A DNA stretch of 36,155 nucleotides from NCBI GenBank assembly GCA_008632985.1, contig QPGO01000171.1, positions 124,001 to 160,155 of the forward strand, read 5' to 3'. Below, one piece after another: positions 1 through 9,999 of this stretch (the stretch's first letter is position 1; each line of letters begins with the position of its first letter). Source of the DNA: Psammoneis japonica. Its lineage: Eukaryota. Both the position numbers and the translations under genes were made by a program. The notes under the pieces are model-generated. The model was not told the origin of the DNA. It made no database searches and saw only the letters and a list, made by a program, of their open reading frames with translations.

Positions 1-140
1 TTCCATGATGGACTCTCTTGGTCATGTGCCTGAGACTGGGTGTGATGCGCATCCTCAGATCGATTGTGAGCACAAAGCTCTCATGCACCGCGGCACAAGA
101 GACCTCAGACTGTCTGGGGAATTGGCTGCTTTGAGACATC

Positions 141-1544
141 TTGCATGCATGCAATGACCGCATGCTGGTGGCCTTGAACAGTCTCTCTTTGCTCAAGACA
201 ATGAAGCAGGGACTGCATGTTGATGCAGAACATTTGGCCAAGAATTGGTCTGTCAGTGTCAAGGACGCTGAGAACACTCTCAAAGTCACAATGCAGGGTG
301 GCATGCAAATGGTCCTCCATCCGATGCCATTGCGGAGGCTCCGGACCAATGACCGACAGCTGCGATGCAGGCGTGTTGCAAAGGAGATGTGCTCCGATGC
401 CTCAATCTCCTTGACCAAGTCAAGAAGGGGCAACACCTGTGCTCAGATCTTTGGCATGTCCAGTGGTTGGGCACGGGCTTGTCCCCTCAGATCTAAAGGA
501 CTGGCAGATGAAGCACTGTCCTTGCTCTTTGGGCAAGATGGCATGCCCCACACGACGATTGCAGATGGGGCAAAGGAGCAGGCACTGGGTCAGTTCAGCA
601 AGAAATCCAGGGAGGCTGACTGCCATGTCAAGCAGCCTGAACCCTGTGCTCCATGGTCCAACTTCATTGAGGGAACTGTTCATGAACTCAAGTGGGGTGC
701 AGGATGCAAGATGATGAAGACTCAAGTCCCAAAATGCCTTTGGGATGATTGTCTTGAGCTTGAAGCTCTCATCCGATCCAACACCATCCATGACATTTGT
801 GAGTTAGAGGGAGAGGTCCCAGAAACCACTTGTCTGGACAGACAGCCAACATTTTGCACACATGTGAGTTCAGTTGGTGTGACTGGGTCATGTTCAGGGA
901 CACAGCAGTCTCCTCATTCCCTGAGGACAAGAAAGTCTTAGGGCATTGCCTTGGTCTGAACCATGACACTGGTCCGGCTGTGATGGCAAAGACACTGAAG
1001 AACAATGGACAGAAGTCATCCATCGTTCATCCCATTGACCCTTGAACCCTGAAGAACAGTGCCACGAGATTCACTTGGCATTGTGCAAGAAATTTGATGG
1101 GCCAATGGAGGCCAAGCTAGGTGACGACGGTTGAGGACATTAATGAACCTGGTGCTGTGACCCTCACTTTTGATCCATGTGAGGACAATGCCAACCAGGA
1201 GGCTCCTGCAAGTGTGCCTGACAAGGACGATGTTCTTGATGCTGCTTTTGATGTTTGTGTGAACTCAGAAGTGTTGCTGCCTCACGGGGACACCCAACAA
1301 ACTGGGACAGTCAAACAGTGCAAGCTTGATTCGGATGGAGCACCAATGGGCAGAGCCAATGCCAATCCCATCCTAGATGCTCGTGCACATGAGGTCAAAT
1401 TTCCTGATGACCAGGAAGCTGAGTTTGTGGCTGATGTCATGGATGAGAACATGTTTGCACAATGTGACAATGAGGGCAACCAGTGCTTGCTCCTGGATGC
1501 TGTTGTCAATCACAAGACCAATGGGCATGCAGTCCAGAAGGATG
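141..1544 (+). pseudogene. Copia integrase and downstream pol linker, frameshifted
   Basis: ORFs 141-941, 830-1045 and 1121-1544 continue one pol sequence across frameshifts. Confidence 0.85.
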
Positions 1545-2153
1545 CCCACCTGTTTTTTTTTTGCCAAACGTCCATCACACCATGGCGACTCTACGGTCAC
1601 CGTTTCCTCAACGGCATCACCTTCAAGAGCCACAACAATCAACAACATTTTGTATCTCATGAACTTGTGTGCGGTAGAATTGACACATGTGAGTGTAACG
1701 GGCTCATTGTTGACTTATGCGGTCAAAAAGCGACGGGCAAAAAATTGAACATTTCAGCTGTTTTGGCTACGATCAATCAATGGCAAGGCACAGCAAGGCA
1801 CACACATGTGAAATGAATTACGTGACATCGACACATGCCAGTGTTATGGTGAGTTTATGGCTGTTGATGGGGCACATTGCGTTTGCGGTCGCCATTGTCA
1901 TCGTGGTTCGACAAGTTGTGGAAAATTTGAAATCTAAAACATTTGTGCACACAGATGCATTGTCACTCACAGGATCTACATGTCATGTGTTGCTCGACAT
2001 GCAAAGTATTTACATTTTTCACTTGTCACAATTTTTAATGTATGAACAAGGCATTAGCATTGATTGCCCAATGTGACACATGTTAAAGTCCACACATTAA
2101 CATTGGGCTTGCTGCCAGCAAAAAAAGGACGTTTGGCAAAAAAAATGGGTGGG
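1545..2153. mobile_element. Non-autonomous TIR element (MITE copy A), older and rearranged
   Basis: Inverted ends CCCACCTG(T)nGCCAAACGTCC (1545-1573) and GGACGTTTGGC(A)nTGGGTGGG (2127-2153); 1578-2153 aligns with 5592-6170; no TSD. Confidence 0.85.
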
Positions 2154-2545
2154 TTGATCTGGTGCATGAACATGGCCTTCATTGCATGGTTTTCCAAGTG
2201 CCAAAGTGCAATTGAAACCTTGGTTTTTGGAGCCAAGTTCACAGCCATGAAGCAGGGCATGGAGTCACTGCAAAGCTTGCGACACAAACTGCGGATGATG
2301 GGCATGCCATTGACTGGTCCATCCTACATCCATGGGAACAACATGTCTGTCATCCACAATGCACAAAGTCCAGAATCCACTTTAAAGAAGAAGTCAAACT
2401 CCATTTGCTGCCATGCCGCATGAGAGTTGGTGGCAATGGGTGAGTCACTCACTGGACACATTCTTTCTCGCAACTGAGATCATGTGTGGTGGCATGAAGC
2501 AAGATGAACTTGTGGGAATGCTTCTCCACGAGACACATCTGTGAA
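2154..2545 (+). pseudogene. Copia RNase H domain remnant
   Basis: IAWFSKCQSAIETLVFGAKFTAMKQGMESLQSLRHKLRMMG...SICCHAA*ELVAMGESLTGH matches the Ty1/Copia RNase H C-terminus; premature TGA at 2421. Confidence 0.9.
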
Positions 2546-2685
2546 GACTGGTCGTCTGTCACATCCGGCTCCCTTTTGCCCATGGGGTTTGTTGCAGGTT
2601 GCCAGGGTTTCCTTGTCCTGCCAGAGTGACTGAATGCAGCTGGAGAGTAAATTGGGTCAAGGCGACTCATTGTCTGTTCATCGAC

Positions 2686-2867
2686 TTGAGGGGACTGAAG
2701 AATTTACTGTGTGACCAATTCAAATTAGTTCAGTGTGCTTTGTCATTGGAGATTGGGAGCAGAGTGGTTCCTCAGGTTAGATCTCACTTCTAGAAAAGCA
2801 GCATGATGTTACAAGCCTTTCTTTTAGTCCTGTCCCTGGTTCATGCAACTGCAGGGTAATTCATTCA
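2686..2867 (+). repeat. Polypurine tract (TTGAGGGGAC) and putative 3' LTR (2696 to 2843 or 2867)
   Basis: A purine tract directly precedes TGAAGAATT at 2696; TTCA ends at 2843 or AATTCATTCA at 2867 form inverted termini; LINE coding sequence starts just after. No second LTR in the window. Confidence 0.55.
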
Positions 2868-3915
2868 AATGTCAAGGGAAATTTCCCGGGAGCACTTCAG
2901 TTGCCCCTCGCATGCCACACTGTTCCACTGGTCTCATTGTCCAAGAGTCTTCGGCACATTCCAAGTTCAAGCCCATCCTCCGATGACAAGCTTCAAGCCC
3001 TGCCCTGGTTCAACATGTGAAAGAGAAGTGTGGCTGGACTGATGAGGTTTTCCAACTCATGGACTGGCCAGTCCACTCCAAACTCCTGTCTCGTAATGTC
3101 CACAGGAAAGTGAGCACTGTCAAGCTGGTTCAAGACTTGTTGCCTGCCAACAAGATTGTCCACAGGTGCAATCCCATCCAACCTGATTGCTGCATTCATT
3201 GTCAACATCCAATGGAGGACAGGGACCACATCCTGTGGTGTCCTCACAATGAGGCATGGCAACATGCTTTTCTTCAAGGATTGCACAAGAAATGTGATGA
3301 CATTGACACATCTCCTCCCATGCACAATTTCCTGTTGTCAGCCCTGGAAACATGGTTCAGTGAAGGCCTGCTTTACACAGATAAACTTCACCACAGCATT
3401 CTGGAGACATCTCACACCCAAGAGCAGATTGGATGGGGAGGCACCTTTTTGATGGTCATTTTTCCTTGCATTGGAACAAGGCGCACCTGGTTCACTTGAA
3501 GACAGTTGCTAATTTGGATTGTGACACTTCCAGAGTGGATTGGGCAGCTGCTGTTGGCAGCCACATGTGGAACCAATGGCGGGAATTATGGGACCAACAC
3601 AATGAGGATGCCATCCATGGCGACAACTCAGAGACCAGCAAATCAGTGCAGTGCAAGCACACCAAGGCAGTGGTCAAGGCCATGTGCTCTTATTCCAGTG
3701 ATCACTTGGCAAAGGATCAAGCAGAACTTTTCGATTCAGTTGATGAGCACCTTGTGCTCACTCCACCCACAGGCACCAAAACTGGTTGGTGATCATCAGA
3801 CCCATGTTCAAATCCAGCATCCGAAAGGTGAAATGGTTGGCTTTGCAAGGCACACACACTGTTGCCAGTTACTTTGGCATGGTGTCACCTGATGGTGATG
3901 CCATTTCAGGCTGAT
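2868..3915 (+). pseudogene. 3' fragment of LINE ORF2 (post-RNase H region with zinc knuckle), related to the LINE at 13770-23960
   Basis: STVKLVQDLLPANK..CIHCQHPMEDRDHILWC aligns with STVKFIHELLPTNK..CLMCKSPMEDCDHILCC of ORF 14326-14826; QEQIGW and W..W..LW..HN motifs. Confidence 0.85.
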
Positions 3916-3939
3916 TGCTGTGTGTCCCTGCCGCACATT

Positions 3940-6720
3940 AAGTGTGCTGGGTGTGTGGGTTAGCTTGTTGCTGGAGTTGTGGGGCAGGAACACAGCAGCA
4001 CCTTAAAAACAGATTTTGGGTTTTGTTTTTGTTGTCAATGTCCAGGTGGAAATCACATTGGTTGTGCTGTGTCTTGGGAGCTGGTCGTTCAGGCAGCTTG
4101 GGTTCATTGCTTGCCTCAGGTTTGGATCTGTCTGTGAAGATTGTGAATTGAAGGTCCTTGTCTCCTTCTGGCAGCTCGGCTGGAGAGAGGTCATCCTCAG
4201 TTGCTGCTGTGCCAGTGGTTGGATCAAAAATGAGAGAGTTAGCCAGCTTGTTGGCTGCAGCTGTGAAGTTAAGATGGTGTCTTTTGTCTGGGCAGTGGTG
4301 CTTCAAGAACAGCAGGAGGCTGGTGATTCTTCCTCTTGCTTCATCGGCAAGCTTGGGCAAAAGTTGAATTTGGCACACCCCTGCATCTTCTTGTCTTTGT
4401 TGATGGCTGGGAACAGCTTCTCTCTTGGGCACTTGTTGGACTGCATCTGCAATGTTGCCTCACGCAAAGATTTGCTGTTCGGCTGACTCTCTGATCTGCA
4501 GTCGAGTTCAGAGATCTGGTCTGTTGATTCCTGGCAGTCATCACTTCTCATTGTCCTGACAAAAGCATCTTGCCTGGCTTGCAGCATCCGGGCACCATGT
4601 TTAGACCTGTCCTTGAAGATGTTCCTGTGGTTGGGGATGAAACGGCAGTTCTGACCTGAGGGAAATCCACCTTTTGCTGTTGAGGAGTAAATGTGCTGTG
4701 GGGCCTTCCTGGCTTGATGTTCTTTTTTGGAATGAGCTTCAGCTTCAAAGGCACAGACCTTGTTTGTCTTTGTGTCCCACCTCTGCCCCAGTTCCCGCAT
4801 GTTAAAGTTCCTCCATCTAAAGCCTGCTTCCTGGCTCGTGTCTTCCTGGAAAGCAACCTTGAGGGCTTCACAGTTGTGGTCCTTGAAAGACCAGAGCAGC
4901 CAACCGAGCTTGGAGAGCTCCTGTGGGAGTGGCACCAAGTTAAGGTGTAACCAAGTCTTGCCATCCTGGAAGAAGCAGTTCATCTCCTCCACAATGATGT
5001 TGTGGGATTTGTTGCTTCTGAAAAAGATGTTGTAAAAGGCCTCTGCCTCTTTCTTGGTGACATGGCAATTTGTGAATGCATTCCCTCATCTGCACATCAT
5101 TCTGGGCAGCTCTCATTCTGGTTTTGCAAGAGTGGCTTTTTAGTTGAGCCCTCTCTCCATGGGCATGGAGCATGTGACGTGTCCACTTCCTGCAGAATTG
5201 AAAACATCTCGGTCAGTTAGGATGTCCCAACAACATTTTCTAACCTTGCTCTCCCTGTCCTTCTTGGTGGTGAACTCAATGATGCACGTGCACCTGCATT
5301 TGTGAGTCCTGGGTGCTGACTGCACCGCCAGTGTAAGTTGCTGAACCAGGCTCTGGGGTTGTGTTGGTCTTTTGGAGTGCTGGTCACTGGAGTTGCATGG
5401 GAGTCATTTCCGGATCTGAGTTATTTTTTTTTCTGCTAAATCACCTTTTTTTTTTTGCTGCCGGCCCCGCCACTAAAGAATGGTGGGCACATGATGCATG
5501 CAGCGGCAGCCACGCTAACTCGACAAGCACGACTCAATTCAGTACGAATTCGCCGTTTGTGCGCTGTAGACGGAAACCGCGGAAACCACCTCACCATGGT
5601 GACTCTACGGTCGCCGTTTTCTCAACGGTATTACCTTCAAGATCCACAACAAGCAACAATATATCGTATCTCGTGAACTTATGTACGGCATCATTGACAT
5701 ATGAGAGTGTAACGGGCTTGTTGTTGACTTATGCGGTCGAAAAGCGATGGGCAGAAAAGTGAACATTTCAGCTGTTTTCGCTACCAAGAATCAATTTCAA
5801 AGCACAGTAAGGCATATGCCTTTGAAATGAATTACGAGCTATCGATATATGGCAGTGTCATGGTGAGTTTATGGTTATTGATGGAGTATATTGCATTCGC
5901 GGTCGCCATTGTCGTTGCGTTTCGAAAGTCGTGGAAAATTTGAAATATCGAGCATACGTGTTTGAAGGTTTATAAATTTATATAGGATGTTCGTATTGTA
6001 TATTATGATGTATACAGAGTATTACATTTTTCTGTTATTACTAATGCATTGATTAAAATAATATATAAGTATTGATTGCTTAGTGTAAACTATATGGAGG
6101 TCCCAATATACACATTAGGCTTGCCGCCAGCATAAAAAAAAGAATGTTTAGCAAAAAAAAAATGGGTGGGTTTCCGGATGGGCCATCCTCCTCCTCTTAA
6201 GGGGTTTTGTTCTGGGCCAGGCCTCCACGTCCGGAGCAACGTCTTGGATGGTTGGATCAGCCATGACGAGTTTGAGAATGCCTGACTTGATCCCAGGGAG
6301 ATTTTCTGATGGAGTCGTGCCTGTTGGTGGCAGCTGATGGGGACAGTGTTCCTGCGTCTTCATCTTTGTTAGTTTGAGTTGATGAAGTCATCGTTTCATC
6401 CGCACTTGCATCATCAGCAGACTGTTTTGATTCTTTGACCCCAGCTGGTGTTCGGGCAACCACCCAATTGTCCACCAGCCCAATCACATGGGAGTTTGTT
6501 TTCAATTTCTTTGGTCCTCGTCTGTTTGGAAACCTTTTGGTCACCAACATTTCACGGTCCCTGACCATGGTGCTGCATGTTTTTCCATCCCGGTCATGGT
6601 TGGTCCTACAACACTGCTGGCATTGATTCCATGTGTCTGATTTGAGTGACTGTGACTTCCCTGTGCACCTCCGTGCAAGAGATGTGCCATGGCATGTTTC
6701 TCTGCAGTTTTTACCAGTGC
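3940..6720 (-). pseudogene. Probable ORF1 of a second diatom-type non-LTR retrotransposon, decayed and interrupted by MITE copy B
   Basis: ORFs 4303-4992 and 3938-4432 carry LGWLLWS, FRWRNF and YSSTAKGGFPSG..RF, resembling ORF1 of diatom LINEs (recalled, not searched). Confidence 0.5.
5416..6170. mobile_element. Mutator-like non-autonomous element (MITE copy B), 755 bp, recent insertion
   Basis: Perfect 9-bp TSD TTTCCGGAT (5407-5415, 6171-6179); imperfect ~50-bp A/T-tract TIRs (5416-5465 vs 6123-6170); keeps TpA and CpG unlike its flanks. Confidence 0.85.
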
Positions 6721-8310
6721 ACGATGTTGCAGATCTTAGAGAAGTTTGTCTTGATCTTCACGGCCTCAACCCATTTGTTGGCCTTATGACTGTGCACAGC
6801 TTCATGCAGGGATGGCATGTCAGGGTCCTTGTGTTTCTTTGTAGTTGCACAAACCCTGGGATCATCAATGTTGCAGGTCTGTGAATCAACACAGGTGTCC
6901 AGAGTGGCAAGATGCGCAAACTGTGCTGCAGTCCCATGCAACTCATCTTTTGGGTCCACCGGTGTGAAGAAGACTTTGTCCACGAACCTTTTAGACAGCA
7001 ACTGAACCACATCAGGTGGGTCCAGTGGAGGTGGTTTGAAAGCAGCGCAGATGCAAGCAGCTCAAGCTGGCTTCCTCTGTTTACATTGCAGTTCATCCGG
7101 GGTTAGCCAACTGTTGTCTAAATGGACATCTTGACCTGTCTCAAGAAGCATCTGGACAGATTGGTCCAGACATGACTCTTCCCAGTGGCTCGGCACCTCA
7201 CTGTCACTCTCAATCGAAGATGCAGCAGCAAAGAGATCATCAGACATGACATGGCACTGGGGAGCAACACTGCCAGTCTGCAGATTAAGGAGAAGAGGGA
7301 CCTTGCTTGAGTGGATGTTGCTCAAACCAACAAAAGAGACCACAGCAAGTGCATGGTTGCCAATGGAGCAGTTTCTTGCCTTGTTGAAGTGCAGGGTCCA
7401 GGACATGTGCTGGACACCTCCAGACGTGGATGTCATGAAGACGATGTCTGGGAACTGTTGTGCCAGTAAAAACATCTGCAGGGCAATGACCCTGCACGTT
7501 GGGAGTCACATTGTAAATGTGAGAGGCATGGGACAATGCCATGGGCCACAGAGAGCTGTCAATGCCCCCTTTCCAGTGGATGGACACATGAAGCAACATT
7601 GCTCTTGCCATGTTGGAAACTGACTGAATGCTCTGCTTTGTCATGCCCATCTGATGGTGGGCATTTGTGCGACAAATTTGGATCCATTGTTCATGTTGTC
7701 ATGCATGTTGCTGGAACTCATTGGCCTTGAATGCACCTGAATCAGCAAGAAATTCTTGAACAACAACACCATGATCTGGCGTGTGCTTTTCATGTGCTTG
7801 TTTTGCTTGTGCCATCTCAACAGCCAAAAAACCTGGTTGGTGTTTAATGTGGATGCATCCAGAGGCATGATCAACAAAAACCCACCCTTGAATTGTTTGG
7901 ACAAGGCCTTGCTGCAGAAGTCACAGGTGTGACCAAGCAGACGGGATGATCAGCTTTCAGTGTGCTGTCACGTTCTGGGACCAAGGCATGTTTGGCAGAA
8001 TGAAGGGAACATCTGTGCCCCTTTGCATGTTCACAAACTTCACACTGTGGGTGGTCACACTTGGACTCAAACTTAAATTTCGGTTGGAGAAACCGCTTGG
8101 CACAGAGTGGGACTTGAACCCGTGCTAGGTTCACATGACCAAACCTGGAGTGCCATTCCAAAAGCAATTTCTGGCCAGCGGCAAGGTTCTGATTGTCCTC
8201 ATTCAACATTGCAAGGTTGACTTGAGGAGCTGGGGTGGCACCATTGGAGGCCATTGCAACAGGCAAGTGCAACAGAGGCCGCAATGCAGCGGTGTTCAAT
8301 TCTCTGCACA
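6720..8310 (-). mobile_element. Degenerate Copia pol fragment: GAG-pre-integrase, integrase core, start of RT region
   Basis: LLEWHSRFGH..CEVCEHAK (HHCC); SNMARAMLLH..LWPMAL..IYNVTPN; HVWRCPAHVLDP..GKKL..W; LLNLQTGSVAPQCHV.SDD; DPDMPSLHEA. Confidence 0.9.
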
Positions 8311-8800
8311 TCATTTTTAACAATTGACGTCATGTGTGTTAATCGTTTGTTTGGAAGTTTTGCATGCAAGAGGCAATGTTACACTGCCTTTATTTGACGC
8401 GTTTTATTCAGACAATTGTTGCCTGTTTCTTTTCATTTATTTTTAACAATTGATTTAAAAAGATGCCCTTTGCTTGATTCTGATGCATTACAATTTGACA
8501 ACAATGTTGCTTTTATTGTCAAACGTCATCTTTGACATTTGTTTTCAATGGCTCCAACTCGCACATGCCTCACTGTAGTGGCTGGTACACCCTCTGCGCC
8601 CAAGTCACCCCCATGTGCTTTTCCAGCACTTCCCAGAATTTTAGTGCATGGCTCTCTACCCGATTTTGAGCACACATTCTACATGCGTAATCATCTGTGT
8701 GTTTCATGACAGCACATCCTCTCCCCAAACTACATTTGACCAGAGCATGTGCTGTTGTGATTCACGCACATTCTACGCAAATCACAACTGACTTCTTGCC

Positions 8801-9850
8801 ATGGCAGTCGATGATTTTACCCCCTCCCATGATGAGGTCGACCCCAACCCATCCTTCCAATTTCCCGATGAGGTTGATTTTGATGACATGGAATGTTCAA
8901 CCAATGGATTTGGAATGGAGTTGTTTGGTCCCAAGCTCAAAAGCATGCTTTCAACGTGTGCATCCAAAAAGCAGTTTTTGGAGACAACAAAATGGACTCC
9001 CTCTCCGCAATTCCTCGCTTTTCCTTTCCTTTGCCACAAGCCAAAGTGACGTCAAATTCCACATGTTGCAGAAATTATCCACACCAACAATGTCATCAGG
9101 AAAACTCTTGGATGCCCCGATGTTCGGTCTCACATCAAGACTCGTGGTTGGTCCCTGAAGAAATCCCATGCACTGAAAGGTCAATGTGTTCTTCCTTGTC
9201 AAAATTTGGATGAAGCTCTCTGTTTCTCCAAAATGCCCGGAGAGACAGTCAAAGAAGAGGAGCACGGCATGCAACTTCACTGCAACATCAAAGCAATGGT
9301 AGAATTTGTTTGCATGATCATCACCGGTGACAACCCAAATGATCCTGTTTCTGGCAAGCCTTGTTTCCATTTTTTACAGTGCAAAAATCTCCAATCATTG
9401 ATCAATGACCATGCACAAGACCTTCACGTTGCATTCTTTGTTGCCAAAATTGTCATGCATCATGTCCAGTGCAAACAAAAAGACTTTGACTGTTGGTTCA
9501 TGCAGATCTTCTGCCATGTCAACACCCAAAAGGAGTGGCACATGTTTGTTGACAGCTTTCCAGTCACACGTGATTCTAACAACCTGGGATCCCAGGTGGA
9601 TGAGATCAAGGAATTCCTTGTGCCAGACAAAATCGGTGACAAAGAATTCTGTGACAATGGCAGGTGATTCCCTTGCCCATCGGGAGGCACACGAAGAAAA
9701 AATCAAATGCATGTTGAATCATGAATTTGGGAAGTGCTGTCCCAAGGAGCAACCTGGTGCATGACCCAGGTGTGGCAAGTTGCTCACAATTCTTGATTGC
9801 AGAATGCATGATGAGAGGGCTGACTGCATGGATGATGACAACAAATGAAA
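8801..9850 (+). pseudogene. Decayed orphan gene, unknown function
   Basis: ORFs 8801-9049 and 9206-9667 are in one frame, broken by a TGA (probably ex-CGA); AT-rich 5' region with TGACGTCA at 8325; no domain recognised. Confidence 0.5.
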
Positions 9851-9999
9851 ACATCAATCCAAAGCCAAATGCAAAATCAGGAGGACCTGCAAAGATGGCA
9901 CCTGTTTGCATGACGGCAGGCCCACTCCCCCCATTTTTCCTTCACCTCCTGCGTGCATTTGTTGTCTCATGCATCCTTTTTCCCCATTGTTTTTATGTG

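Larger units (their letters stand above)
1..2867 (+). mobile_element. Degenerate Ty1/Copia (diatom CoDi-like) LTR retrotransposon, 3' part: integrase, RT replaced by a MITE, RNase H, PPT, 3' LTR
   Basis: Integrase motifs RRLRTNDRQLRCRR, GNTCAQIF, GWARACPL, EPCAPWSN, LWDDCLELEA; post-integrase GRANANPILD..HEVKFPD; RNase H WFSK..IET.VFGA.F.AMK, KLRMMG, PESTLKKKSNSICCHA. The IN-then-RH order is Copia-type. Confidence 0.9.

Noticed and set aside
1545..2157. piggyBac assignment from CCC..GGG ends and TTGA flank
   Set aside because: The left flank is not TTAA-like and sister copy B has a 9-bp TSD.
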